A stretch of 64,000 bases of DNA from Octopus sinensis. Taxonomy: Eukaryota. Positions 12,531-25,850 of the stretch are shown here, one piece after another; position 1 is the stretch's first letter, and each line of letters opens with the position of its first letter. The position numbers were made by a program, and so were the translations under genes. The notes under the pieces are model-generated. The model worked only from the letters and a program-made list of their open reading frames with translations, was not told the origin of the DNA and did not search any database. The stretch lies in the NCBI RefSeq assembly GCF_006345805.1, contig NC_043014.1, forward strand, positions 29,264,001 to 29,328,000. The letters run 5' to 3'.

Positions 12531-13011
12531 GTCGAGGGATTACTGTATATTTACGCACATAGACGCACACATATATACGTCTATGAGTATGTGTGTGCGT
12601 GTTTGTGTGTGTATATGTGTATGTGCGTGTGCGTGCGCGTGTGTATGCGTGTGTATGCATGTGAATGTGTGTGTGTGTGTGTGTGTGTGTTGTGTGTGTG
12701 TGTGTGTTGTGTGAACATGTTTAAGCCATGTCTGTACTCTCAAGGGATATTTGTAATGGGCTGATTATGATAAGAGTGGTAGCTCACCCGAGGGAAATTT
12801 AGTAATTCTTTCCACCATTTTTTTTGGAAAAATATTAAACTATTTTTCTTCCTTTCATTTATAAGTCTCTCTCACTCTCTCTTCTTTCTCCCTCTTTCCT
12901 ATATCTCTCTTCTACCTCTTCTTTCTCCTCTTTCGCTCCCCTCTCTCTCTCATTGTCATTCACTCACACAATATCTCACTCTCTGTCTCTTTGTCGGTCT
13001 GTCTCTCCTTC

Positions 13012-13073
<62 letters not shown>

Positions 13074-13175
13074 TCAACATCTAGTTTTCCTTCACATGAG
13101 ATTTAAGAAAAAGCTGTTCAGTTAGATTACTTCACTCGTTACAAACTACATCTTATAGACTAGTTTTCAGCGTTT

Positions 13176-13194
13176 AACACCAGATGGCAGTCAG
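13176..13194 (+). promoter_or_regulatory. Candidate CTCF-binding motif
   Basis: aacaccagatggcagtc resembles the CTCF core CCACCAG(A/G)(T/G)GGC(A/G)G, in a non-repetitive island. Motif match only. Confidence 0.3.
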
Positions 13195-13330
13195 AGGGGC
13201 ATTAGCTGTGAACTAACGGAACAGAAACAATTATAAAGAGTTTGGTTACATTCTGTTAGTTACAACATGCATTCAGATGCTTGGCTAGTTACTTCTGTAA
13301 AAAAAAAAGATTTTCAAAATATGTTGTTGA

Positions 13331-13607
13331 TTTCACTTGTTTCAGTCATCGAGCTACGGTTCTACCTTGTAAGGTTTTAGTCGGACGAACCGATTTCTCT
13401 CTTTACTCTTTTACTTGTTTCAGTCATATGACTGCGGCCATGCTGGAGCACCGCCTTTAATCGAGCAACTCGACCCCGGGACTTATTCTTTTGTAAGCCG
13501 AGTACTTATTCTATCGGTCTCTTTTGCCGAACCGCTAGGTAACGGGGACATAAACACACCAGCATCGGTTGTCATGCAATGCTAGGGGGACAAACACAGA
13601 CACACAA

Positions 13608-13660
<53 letters not shown>

Positions 13661-13985
13661 ACGGGCTTCTTTCAGTTTTCCGTCTACCAAATCCACTCAC
13701 AAGGCTTTGGTCGGCCCGAGGCTATAGTAGAAGACACATGCCTAAGGTGCCACGCAGTGGGACTGAATTCGGGACCATGTGGTTGGTAAACAAGCTACTT
13801 ACCACACAGCCACTCCTGCGCCTATATCTCAGTACTTATCTTTTAAAAGTCAGGTATTTATTCAATCAAAGTTTTTTTACCGAACCGCAAAGTTACGAGG
13901 ACGTTAACAACTTATCACCGGTTGTCAAGCAGTGGTGGGGAACAAACATGCTCAGACATATGTACACAAAGACACACACACACTA
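13331..13985 (-). mobile_element. Old SINE A copy split by a younger A copy
   Basis: 13331-13397 and 13823-13985 join into one colinear, diverged A 3' half. Confidence 0.7.
13398..13822 (-). mobile_element. SINE family A, full length
   Basis: Head ggcgcaggagtggctgtgtggtaag, B-box region, internal (TA)n(TG)n, tail gtaaaagagtaaagag. Confidence 0.95.
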
Positions 13986-15028
13986 CGAGGGGAAGACAAA
14001 TATTAACCGCGCTTTCGCTTTTCCCATAACATATCTGCGCATACATGCTTATAGTTGGTACTATTGTGGTCACATGAACGAAATTTGAGTCTAATTGCAC
14101 CATTTTTTTATGGCCTTACATTATCAGCATCGCCGCTCCGATAGCAAAGTACACCAAAGAAGAACAAAGAGCAATGATCCCATTTCTCTGGTGGTAAGGT
14201 GTGTCAGATGCTGAAAATCATCGGAGGCTTTTAGTACAATACGGGGACAGTGCACTACCGCACAGAAGTGTGTATGATCGAGAAGTTTACAAGTAGCCGG
14301 ACAAACGTGACGCACGAAGAGGGAGCGGGACGCCCTTCAAACTCCACCATTGACGAGAAGACTTAGCAAGGTCGAGAGATGGTAAGTTATCATTAATGAG
14401 GCAAGTTATCATCAATGAGGTAGCTCGTTCTCTGCAGATTAGTTAAGGTTCTGCCTGTCAAATCATCCACGGTGAGCTCGGCTTCCATAAAGTCTGTGCA
14501 AGATGGGTGCCAAGAGCGCTTACTGCAGAGCACAAGCGCAAATGTCTTGCGGTCGCTACAACAATGAGGCCGAGGAATTTTTGAGCAGAATAGTCACAGA
14601 AGAGGAGACGTAGGTTCATCATTATGAGGCAGAATCCAAAAGACAGAGTATGGAGTGGAAACATCCTGGCTCGCCAGCGACGAAGAAAATCAAGACTTAG
14701 GTTTCCGTGGGAAAGGTGATGCTAACCCTTTTTGGGACTCCAAAAGCCCTATACTGAAAGACTACCACGAAAAGGGGTGTACGATCAATAGTGCAAGATA
14801 CAGTGCTTTGCTGGGCAACGAACTACTCTTTGTTCTTCTTTGGTGCACATAGCTAGTAGAGCGGCCATGCTTACACTGTAAAGCCAGAAAGAAAAATGGC
14901 GCGATCAGGTTCAAATTTCGATCACGTGACACAATAGTACCAACTATAAGTACGCATGCGCAGAAGGCAGTGTGATAATGATAAAGATATGCTATGGCGA
15001 AAATGTGGATAATTTTGACTTCCCCTCG
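13986..15028 (+). mobile_element. Mariner derivative: truncated transposase between long inverted copies of the 5' end
   Basis: Termini TA-cgaggggaagacaaat / tttgacttcccctcg; translation KYTKEEQRAM..VCARWVPRALTAEHKR..QSMEWKHPGSP..KVMLTLFWDS with stops; 14828-15028 is the reverse complement of 13986-14171. Confidence 0.9.
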
Positions 15029-15609
15029 TGTATGTATATATATATAAATGAAAGAATGGAGTCGAACGAAGATGTTAACAAAATTCCTTTACTCTCGACA
15101 CATGTTTCGAAGACAGCATGTTTTCATTCCAAAGGAATAAAGGGTGCATTATGCAATCTTCTCATTAGGAAAGAAAGGGAGCCTCTCTCGACAACACAAA
15201 CAAAAATTTCGATGATTGCCTACATGGTAAACAAAGCGATAATGAGTGTTTTTTTAAAAAACCGTTAGAAGAATTGACGTCAAAAATAGATAGTAGGGAT
15301 AAAGTAATAATAGGTAGGGAACAGTATATTTGCGTATGCATGGAAATGTGTGAGTGTGTGCTTGTGTTAATGAGTGCGTGTGTTTGTGTGTGTGTATGTG
15401 TGTGTGTATAACTGCATTTGTGTCTGTGTGTGTGATTGTGTGTGTGAGAGAGAGACAGACGTCAAAGATAGATAGTAGGAAGAGAAGGGATAAAGGCCGA
15501 CAACTGATGAAGGGTCGTTTCTCTGTGTTTAGTTTTTGTCTAGTTGTTTACGTATTTCATGTTGTTGCACAGTTGGTGACGTCCTGCACCCATATATGCA
15601 TATATACAC

Positions 15610-15957
15610 CAACCCTATACATACACACATCCAGACCCCTCCCACGCACTATTAGCTGGTCCCTCAACCCTTTTATCAACCCTATTATCTCCCCTTATTT
15701 CGCTCTCGCGTCTCATGTTTGATCTTTGACCTCTGGCCGAAATCAGATCGCCATGTTGATTCGTTAGCTACTGCACGCATTTTTTTTCTCTCCTTCTTTC
15801 TGTGTTTTTCTCTCTCTGTGTATCTTTCTGTTGAAGAGCGTAGGCTCGAAACGTTAAAGACTTGTTTTATTTATATTTCCTGAGCGCCATACTAATACAA
15901 TTGTTCATTTGTTTTCCACCTGCCTTCGTCTTTTGTTTATTTTCATAAAGCTTCCCG

Positions 15958-15960
<3 letters not shown>
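15610..15960 (+). mobile_element. Family F Penelope-type 3' tail with hammerhead-like motif
   Basis: tcttt-CTGTTGA-a-gagc-gtag-gctc-GAAA-cgt-t-aaaga at 15823-15860 (stem I tcttt/aaaga); ends in (TA)n. Confidence 0.75.
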
Positions 15961-15996
<36 letters not shown>

Positions 15997-16136
15997 TATG
16001 CATATATTATTTATTTTTATTATTCAGTTGAACGCCACGCATCCATTTCCATATAAATATAAACATCTACACTGTGCATACGTGGGTGCACGGTGTGTGT
16101 ATGTGTATGTATGTATGTATGTGTTTGCTTGCGTGC

Positions 16137-16176
<40 letters not shown>

Positions 16177-16694
16177 TCTAGATGTATAAATTATTTGCAT
16201 ATTTCTACGATGAATTGTGACACAGTAAAAGCGCACTTCCGACCAATCTTTTTACTCTTTTTTTTTTATCACGTGCCTTCTTTATATTTTTAGAACTATT
16301 TATAAACTTTATATCTTCTTACCCTTTTTTAAACTCTCTATTTGCTTTTTTCTCCTCTGCCACCTCCTTTCTATTCCCTTACTTGCACGCTGTCTTCTTT
16401 CTATATTTGATACATTCTTTGACTTACAGAACACTGTATTTTTGAAGTGCTCCATAAATTTATTTATTTTAAATGTTAAAATAGAAATACATACAAACGT
16501 TCAACTAAATTTTATAAATGTAACGTTTTCTATATTAAACGTCAGATGTTCCATTTCTGCGGCAACGCAAAACTCAGTGTAATGAACGGTGAAAATTCTA
16601 GTTTTCTTATGGTTACATGAATGTATGTATGTTTGTATGTATGTATGTATGTATGTATGTATGTATGTATGTATGTATGTATGTATGTATGTAT

Positions 16695-17021
16695 GTTTTC
16701 GATTCCCAGACCGGGCGTTGTGAGTGTTTATTGAGCGAAAACACCTAAAGCTCCACGAGGCTCCGGCAGGGGATGGTGGTGATCCCTGCTGTACTCTTTC
16801 ACCACAACTTTCTCTCACTTTACTTCCTGTTTCTGTTGTACCTGTATTCAAAGGGCGGCCTTGTCACTCTCTGTGTCACGCTGAATATCCCCGAGAACTA
16901 CGTTAAGGGTACACGTGTCTGTGGAGTGCTCAGCCACTTACACGTTAATTTCACGAGCAGGCTGTTCAGTTGATTCGGATCAACCGGAACCCTCATCGTC
17001 GTAACCGACGGAGTGCTTCCA
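16695..17021 (+). mobile_element. SINE family B, tail type 1, 5'-truncated at the B box
   Basis: Matches 56351-56741; flanked on both sides by (TATG)n. Confidence 0.95.
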
Positions 17022-17174
17022 TGTATGTATGTATGTATGTATGTATGTATGTATGTATGTATGTATGTATGTACGTACGTATGTATGTGTGTATGTATGT
17101 GTGAATGTGTGAATGTGTGTGTGTGTGTGTGTGCACGCTCGCGTATGTCCTCTTTCTCTTTTTAATTCGAAATA

Positions 17175-17455
17175 TATTTTGAGCGGCAACTTCTCGTGTG
17201 TAGAGGTCGTATTGTCAAACCGTTCATTTTAAGGTTTCCAAAGGAGAGCACAAATTCTCCACGTTTTATCGCAAAAATGCACATTTCGACCCGCCAGATT
17301 TCATTTTAAAGTTTGCAGAAAATTGGGCAATAAGATCCAGTTGCTTTTTATGCGGTTGGAATTTGACCCATACAGCTTCAAGTCTTCGACAAAGAAAGGA
17401 AAAGATAGGAGATACTATGGATCCGTTTCTATGGTCACTATGTTTTGTGAGCAGG
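17175..17455 (-). pseudogene. R4/Dong-clade LINE reverse transcriptase fragment
   Basis: Across frameshifts FVEDLKLYGSNSN..KKQLDLIAQFS...KCAF..IKRGE matches R4-type RT motif LFVDDLKLY....FS.DI.M.FG..KCA. Confidence 0.7.
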
Positions 17456-17464
17456 ATATATATA

Positions 17465-17502
<38 letters not shown>

Positions 17503-17574
17503 GTGTAATAAATAAAATATATGCATGACATACAAACATATTGTAGTACCGACATTACATGTATATATACATGC

Positions 17575-17608
<34 letters not shown>

Positions 17609-17648
17609 TTTAATTTACTGGTGAAAATTAGCATAGAATATGAAAATT

Positions 17649-18097
17649 ATATGAGTATATTAAGTATATGATTTAACTTATAAAACAAAGCTCAACAAAT
17701 TCAGTCATATTTTTCGTAAATGGAGGAGATCAGATGTTAATATGTTAATATGGATTGGAATTATTTCTATTTATGTAGCTATACGATCGTTTCATACAGA
17801 AAGACATTAAATATATTTTAAGAATCTGGGTTCAGAAAGTATTCGTCGGTAGCAAAAATTAAGGAAGCTAACGTATTTTTAGCTTTCCTTTTTTTACCCT
17901 TTTTCTTAAGTTTTGCTATTCATGAATACTTTTTAACAACTCAGATTCTTAAAATTGTATGAAACGATCATATAGCTACATAAATAATAATAATTTCACT
18001 CAATATTAAAATCTGATCTTCTCCGTTTACAAAAAATATGATTGAATTTGTTGAACTTTGTTTTATAAGTTAAATCATATACTTAATATACTTATAT
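17649..18097. mobile_element. Fold-back (palindromic) AT-rich MITE-like element
   Basis: The left half (atatgagtatattaagtatatgatttaacttataaaacaaag...) is the imperfect reverse complement of the right half over ~220 bp. Confidence 0.85.
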
Positions 18098-18256
18098 GTA
18101 AACTATTGAACCTTGGGAGAGGCATAATTCCTCTCTCAAGGTTCAATAGTATTTCCTTCAACACACGAATTCACATCAAGAATCATACAAACCAAATACA
18201 AATACGAACTATATATATATGTGTGTGTATGTATATATATATATATACATATACAT

Positions 18257-18295
<39 letters not shown>

Positions 18296-18299
18296 CACA

Positions 18300-18373
<74 letters not shown>

Positions 18374-18529
18374 AAATTTTAATCTTCGGATTTTTTTAAA
18401 ATATGCATGCCACTGGTTTTAATTGATTAATATCAATTTCTACCCTTATTTAATTTTAATACACATACACACACACACACACATATATATATACACATAC
18501 ATACATACATACATACATACATACATACA

Positions 18530-18562
<33 letters not shown>

Positions 18563-18888
18563 GCATACATACATACATACATAATACATACATACATACA
18601 TACATACATACATACATACGTACATACATACATACATACATACACGTATGAATAATAGTTGTATAAATACATTACAGTTCAGGCTGGAAACCTAACTGCT
18701 ATGGGGTAAAAATTTAGATCAAAAGCAGCTAAAAACTGTCAGATCACATGGCCCATCCCTTATGGCAATATACACTCACTCATACTCTCCCACTCATGTA
18801 TATACACAGATATGTGTATGTGTCTTTCTCTCCCTTTATATATGTATACACACACACAGAATATAACCTAACTATATATATATAGTTA

Positions 18889-19224
18889 GAAGGCGCATGA
18901 CTCAGTGGTTAGAGCGTCGAGCTTACGATCGTGAGGTTGTGAGCTCGAATCCCGGACCGGGCTGCGTGTTGTGTTCTTGAGCAAGACACTTTATTTCACG
19001 TTGCTCCAGTTCACTCAGCTGTAGAAATGAGTTGCGACGTCACTGGTGCCAAGCTGTATCGGCCCCTTTGCCTTTCCCTTGGATAACACTGGTGGCGTGG
19101 AGAGGGGGGGCTGGTATGCATGGGCGACTGCTGGTCTTCCATAAACAACCTTGCCCAGACTTGTGCCTCATGGGTAACTTTCTAGGTGCAATCCCATGGT
19201 CAGTGTCTGACCGAAGGGGGTCTC
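18889..19224 (+). mobile_element. SINE family C, full length
   Basis: tRNA-like head (A box tgactcagtgg, B box agctcgaatcc) plus CORE-like gtgttcttgagcaagacactt; near-identical to 38201-38534. Confidence 0.95.
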
Positions 19225-20144
19225 AGTCTCAGATATATATATATATATACATGGTAATCTCAGTGTCCTATGTAATGTGCATCTATTATAAGAGGGCCGC
19301 AATAGCATACAATTCGTCCTGAGATAATTTTCTCAGATATGTATGTGAGAGACTTTCTCAAGACGAATACTGTAGTATTACGACGCTCTTATAATACATA
19401 CACGTTAAGAAGAAAATAGAGACTATCATTCGGTAATAATGCTACTTCCATTGCTAATATCTGATTATATATATCTATACATCTATACAGATATAAAAAA
19501 ACACATGTATATGTATACACATACATGAATGCACATATGCACACATACACATGTACACACACACACACACACACACCAAATAATGCAATATATGCGCGCA
19601 TGCATTAGTCCGTGTGAAGAGGTATTGTATCCTTTAAAATCTCCCATGCCCTATTAAAATTGCGTAGGACTCATACACACGCGCACAAACACATAAGGTA
19701 CGCTCGATTGCATGCATGTCCGTATACTAACACAAAGACAGAAATATTCAGTCTAGTGTACAAGACAGAAAATTTATTCTGAGTCACTGGACATTACCAG
19801 TATAGGTTACATATTGCACTTACCTTTTAAGATATTTTTTCACTCTGTATTACCGGTCTTCTACCCAGTTCCTCTTTTCTCCTGTTTCATTTTCTCTCAC
19901 CATCCTTTCTTTTCATCTCTTTGTCTCCTTCCTATGTCTTAATCTTTCTTTCCTTGTCTTCACCCTCTGTCTCCCACACTCCTCCACTCTCCACCTTGCC
20001 ATACTCCATATGTGTGTATGGGTGGGGACAAGGGATATAACTCCCAGAGAATGTATTGGAGTTAAACTCACTCTGTGCACGGACTTCTCCTTGCGCAATA
20101 TATTGTATGTATTGGTGAATGTACATATGTGCATGAGCATGTAT

Positions 20145-20247
<103 letters not shown>

Positions 20248-20272
20248 ACGTCTGTTTGTAAGTACAGGATGT

Positions 20273-21560
20273 CCCAAAACTATTTCAATGAATTCGGGCA
20301 AATATTTAAGAAACTTTCAGAATTTTATGTTTAGTACTTACTTATGATACCAAAACAAATAGATTTATATATCTTATGTCAAAACTTTATAGAAAACTAG
20401 CAAGGATACCCAGCGTTGACCTGTCATATCCAATTGAATAATTAGACTTTTCTTTTATATGAACTGGAATACCTATGAGTCGAATTCCATCGATATTTAG
20501 GGATTAAAAATTTTAATGAGAGTTCTTTCCCTCGTTACACACCCTTACAAAAATTCTAATCAAGACATGTTTATCCCATACTACTCGCCTTTATGTCCAG
20601 ATTCTAGAATCCAAATCTTATAAAACCTATTCAAAGGTTTTTTGCTTCTGAAAAATGGAGCACATAGAGCACATGGAGCTCTAAATTGTGGGAGTTAAGG
20701 CCCCTATTAGAGGGGCGGTCTCGGTCTTAAAGCCAACCAGAGAAGTCCAATTGTTGGGAATCTTTTTTGACTTGTGTAATATCTATTGTTCAAATTTCTT
20801 TGAAATCGGAAATATATTAATGTTTACTGGGTTTGTAAAAGAGAGCAAAGCTAAAAGAAACCAAAAGACTCAAAGGAAGTCTGCAACTAGAAACTTTACT
20901 CAAAATAACACTGTGAAACTGAATCAATGGAGACAAAGATGCCTCTCCTTTACTTACAATTTATGCACCACATTGCAGAAATCACAATCTGAGTATATTT
21001 CAAAGCAAATTCTTGCACTGTTGTACCATTGAATTACAAATAATTCTCATCTTCCATCCTCGGGTCACTCTACAGCTTCCAAGACTACAATAGTATTCGT
21101 CTTGGCTTAGGAAAAATGACTAAATTGTTGGGGTTAAGCCCCCCATTAAGGGGTCTTACTAACTCCTAAGAAGTTGAAATTTTAGGAATATTACTTCATT
21201 TGTGTCTAATATCTATGGCTAAAATTTCATCAACAGCAAAAATATATGAATTTTCATGGGGGTTGTGACCTCATTTATGCCCCCTCACTTTCAAACATAT
21301 ACTGCATTACATCTGTCCTTATGCACAGAATATAATTTCTAAATTTCATAAATTTCACACAGAGACTCACAGACAGAAACACATTCTCAGTTTTATATAT
21401 TAAATTTTCAACAATTACTCCGCCTGTATCCTTGAAATTTTCAAATTTATCCTTAGCGTTACAAAACACATTTTGAAGTATTTCAGGAGTTATCGCCTGC
21501 ACTAGTAACTGAATGCGTTCTTTTAAGTTCAACTAAATTATTGCTCCATCCTGGTGATGG
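20273..21560 (-). mobile_element. Old Tc1/mariner-superfamily end, interrupted by a Helitron-like insert
   Basis: TIR-like tacaggatgtcccaaaa at ~20273; the minus-strand ORF part NLKERIQLLVQAITPEILQNV...GGVIVENLI resembles a Tc1/maT C-terminus. Confidence 0.5.
20396..21400 (+). mobile_element. Non-autonomous Helitron-like element with internal ~130-bp diverged repeats
   Basis: Starts actagcaaggatacccagcgttg, ends cacagacagaaacacattctcagttttatatatta; units at ~20670-20810 and ~21118-21240 are related. Confidence 0.55.
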
Positions 21561-22037
21561 GGGAAGAGAAAATGATTACAGCCAAATTGAAAACAAAAGC
21601 TGTCGTTGACAGATAAGCGTGACCCGACAGGAATGAAAGTAAAATTATGAAAAAAATCTACAAAAATTATAAAATTATAAACAAAATTAAAACTTAATAA
21701 ACTTCCAACATATACTAAACAGGATAAACATAAATAAAAGTGAGTTTTTTGAAAGAATTGTCGGATTTCAATGAACCAGATAGTTAATCACACGCATGCA
21801 CATATATAACTATATGCGCTTATGGGTGCGTGTGTGTGTGTGTGACAAATGTGTGCCCGCCATCTTTGTAGTACTGCGCCAGGCTCAACTTCGTCTGCGG
21901 ATTCAGATAAGACAACATGAGTCCGCGGAATACTCAATTCCTAACACTATAACTGAATGAGTGGATCACAAGTGGATCAAACGATGGCTATGCTCATCAT
22001 TTTAAACCAATGGAAGATCCATTTTCTATATTATGTA

Positions 22038-23280
22038 CAAGGCGGTATCAAAAGGTTTCCGGCGCGGGAGTGGCTGTGTGGTAAGTGGCTTGCTTACCAA
22101 CCACATGGCCCCGGGTTCAGTCCCACTGCGTGGCACCTTCGGCCAGTGTCTTCCACTATAGTTTCGGGCCGATCAAAGCCTTCTGAGTGGATTTGGTAGA
22201 CGGAAACTGAAAGAAGCCCGTTGTATATTTGTATATATATATTATATATATATATGTGTGTGTTTGTGTGTCTGTGTTTGTCACCCCCAACATCACTTGA
22301 CAACCGATGCTGGTGTGTTTAGGTCTCCGTAACTTAGCTGTTCGGTAAAAGAGACCGATAGAATAAGTACTAGGCTTGCAAAGAATAAATACTGAAACAA
22401 GTAAAAGAGTAAAAGAATAAAAGAGGACTGGTTTAATAAAAATTAACTTATTTACCTATATTTCAACTTCATCCCCTTCGAAATAGTCACCTCGTGCAGT
22501 AATACACCGTCCCAGTGTTCCTGCCACTTATGGAATCCGGTCTGGAAGTCGTTTTCTGTAAGCGGGTTGAGGACCTTCTGTGATTCGCTCTTGCTCTTGA
22601 CCACGGTGTTAAAACGGTGACCTTTGAGCTGGTGCTAAATCTGGTGAATTGGGCGGGTGCGGAAGCTTTACCGTGTTGTTTTGGGTGATAAACTCAGAAG
22701 TGAGAAGAGTTGGGTGAGAAACTCAGAAGTGAGAAGAGTTCGTCGTGAAGAATCAATTCTTGGCGCTCCACAAATCTGGTCGCCTTCACCGAATGTTCTT
22801 CCTTAAACGCTTCAAGTCGTCACAGAAGAATTCTCAACTGACGGTTTTGCCCTGGGGGTGGAGGACGAATTCTAGATGCACAATACCACATTTGCGGCGG
22901 TGACGCTCGTGGCAGATCTTCCAGATCGCTTATCGTCTTCCAGGGATTTTCCCCTGCTTTTTGGAAACATTGAGTACGACCCGCAGCTCCGTCCCTGTAA
23001 GCTTGCCGAAGTTTGCTCAATGTCTCTGTAGCAGACTTCTAAAGTTTAACGCAAAATTGCACGTTGTCCATGACAAAATCGCAGAATACAGTATACACGT
23101 AATCACAAAAACACAAATTTCACAACTTGCAAAGTAAACACAGCGATGTTACTCGACACACTGCCTCATGAAGGTCCCTACTAGCTCTCATTGCACACGC
23201 AAGTGCAAGTGCAACGAATGTGCTGTCATTCGTTGGCGTGTTACAGAACTATAGTCCGGGAACTTTTTGATACCACCTCG
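22038..23280 (-). mobile_element. Internally deleted mariner element
   Basis: TIRs TA-caaggcggtatcaaaaggtttcc[SINE]ggactgg and agtccgggaactttttgataccacctcg-TA; minus-strand QFCVKL*KSATETLSKLRQAY, LKRLRKNIR*RRPDLW and FHKWQEHW...RGDYFEGD. Confidence 0.9.
22061..22425 (+). mobile_element. SINE family A inserted within the mariner TIR
   Basis: A head and tail; an internal deletion removes the ggcggtgctccagc segment; interrupts ttcc|ggactgg. Confidence 0.9.
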
Positions 23281-23742
23281 TATATTTTAGTGTACATGTC
23301 TAAAAGTTTATGTCTCTATAAACGTACACAGAAACATACTTACACATATAAGTATGCATACACTGAAACTAATATGCAAAACCACATCAGGTGAAACAAT
23401 CAGTGTGTACGTCTCTAAGAGATGAACCAATAACAACGAGAGGGAATGAAAACCAAGTAAACGTGTAAGCAGCGAGATGAATCCGCCATCGCACAGGCTT
23501 ATGATACATGATCCTCTGCTTCGATTACGTTCAATAATGAAAAGGAATTTGTTTAGGAACCGTTTCGTTTAGCATCAAGGGAATTTTGTTATTCAGTAAC
23601 CATACAATGCAGTAACACGCACGTGCGCGTGCCCCATACATGCACATATGTTATGTATACGCAGGCACATACATACATGTATGTATGTATGTATGTATGT
23701 ATGTATGTATGTATGCTGTATGTATGTATGTATGTATGTATG

Positions 23743-23793
<51 letters not shown>

Positions 23794-23806
23794 GCATGTA
23801 TATCTG

Positions 23807-23865
<59 letters not shown>

Positions 23866-24607
23866 TTAACAGATATATATGTAAGTATGTATATGTATAT
23901 GTGTATGTATATATATATATATCATTGGAAATATTATGCACACACACATATACACACACAATCACTCGCACACAAACACGACGCACATATTTTTGTATAG
24001 TATGTATGCACTTGATTGCTACATGTCACACGATGAGTAATCTTGGAAGTATATTTTCACCACCATGAATAATATTAGGAAAGATTGCATATACACAATA
24101 ATTATTATTTAACTTTCAACAAATTTGCCGGTTTCCATGCTGCCTTTTTTTTTTTTTTTTTTTTGCAAATGCGTAATTTCGAGTTCGTTTTCTTGTCATG
24201 TTTCTCCCATTTTGTAGTTTCATGAAAAAAGTAGCCCAACGGAGAAACTGGTTTCTAACAAAGAGGCAAAAAATTCCATCATTAGATTTTAAATATCCGT
24301 TTCGTTGATTGTTAAATTTTCAACGTTTACGAAATTCTTGCACATCTTTACTGCTCTGCTTACAGATGGTGTCTATGAAGTTTGTTAGGCGGTCTCTTTT
24401 CTTTGTCGCAAATCCTAACTTACTCAGGTTTGCGTTAAGATATTTTCTAACATAACCGCGTGCACTAGTGGTTAATGGTTTAAATATGAATTTATAATCA
24501 AGTAAACGAGTTACAGATTTCCTAGTAGTTGTTCATAAACAGTCTCCTGCTTGCTGATTCTGGAAGAAATTTTCATATCTGCTGAATATGTACATATTCA
24601 TTTGTGC

Positions 24608-24659
<52 letters not shown>

Positions 24660-24683
24660 CACATACATATACATTAACATATG

Positions 24684-24729
<46 letters not shown>

Positions 24730-24869
24730 CATATGTTAATGTATATGTATGTGTATGTACGCAGTACGCATGTATGGATATATGTGTATATGCTTGCGTA
24801 AAATACATGATGTATACTGATATTCTATACTGACACATATCTGTAATGTCTGGATGAATTAAGTTTATA

Positions 24870-24903
<34 letters not shown>

Positions 24904-24969
24904 AGGAAAATGTGTTATTGAAAATGCACCTAAACTTCAGAAACTCGTAAATGTTTAAAATACATATAG

Positions 24970-25028
<59 letters not shown>

Positions 25029-25607
25029 TATATATATATGTATATAACTTTAGGATGTATGTGTGTGTATGTGAGTGTATACATGTATGTATGTATGTAT
25101 GTATGTATGTATGTATGTATGTATGTATGCATGTATGTGTGTGTGTATGCATGCATGTATGTATCATACATGGTGTATATATAAATTGATACATATATGT
25201 AAGTAAAAGGAAATTAATAATCTGCGTCAGACTATTATTTACTGGACCTGGGAGCAGATATTTATAAAATTTATTGAAACAATTCATGAATTATGTGAAT
25301 TATTCTAAGTGAATTGGCATCAATTCAGGCAAAGTTCTGGGAAAGAAAGAAAGAAAGAAAGAAACATAGGTAAGACGATTAATGAGACACTGAATGAGAC
25401 AGTGAAAGAGAAAGAGTTTGATGTCACTCAATAGTACTACTGCTATCAACAGCATTGTTTTCTTCGCTTTTATTTGTTACTCTCTTAATGTTTCAGCCTC
25501 TTTCTCTTTCTCTCTTTCACACACACACACACATGCAAACACATCAGCTCCGGTTGTCAAGCAGAGGTGGGTGACAGAGACATATACACGCACATACACA
25601 CACACAC

Positions 25608-25639
<32 letters not shown>

Positions 25640-25640
25640 C

Positions 25641-25684
<44 letters not shown>

Positions 25685-25687
25685 ATA

Positions 25688-25850
25688 GGCGCAGGTGTGG
25701 CTGTGTGGTAAGAAGCTTGCTTCCCATTCTGGATTCTGGGTTCAGTCCCACTGCGCGACTACTTGGTCAAGTGTCTCCTACCATATCTTCAGGCCGATCA
25801 AAGCCTTGTGAGTGGATTTGATAGACGAAAACTGAAAGAAGCCCGTTGCA
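25688..25850 (+). mobile_element. SINE family A, 5' half
   Basis: ggcgcaggtgtggctgtgtggtaag...actgaaagaagcccgttg. Confidence 0.9.

Noticed and set aside
18889-18960. tRNA gene calls for SINE heads (families A, B, C, D, H)
   Set aside because: They have A and B boxes but continue into SINE bodies and lack a proper acceptor stem and terminator.
24366-24430. Possible exon ttacAG|ATGGTG...CAG|GTTTGC
   Set aside because: Weak donor, uninformative peptide, no supporting evidence.
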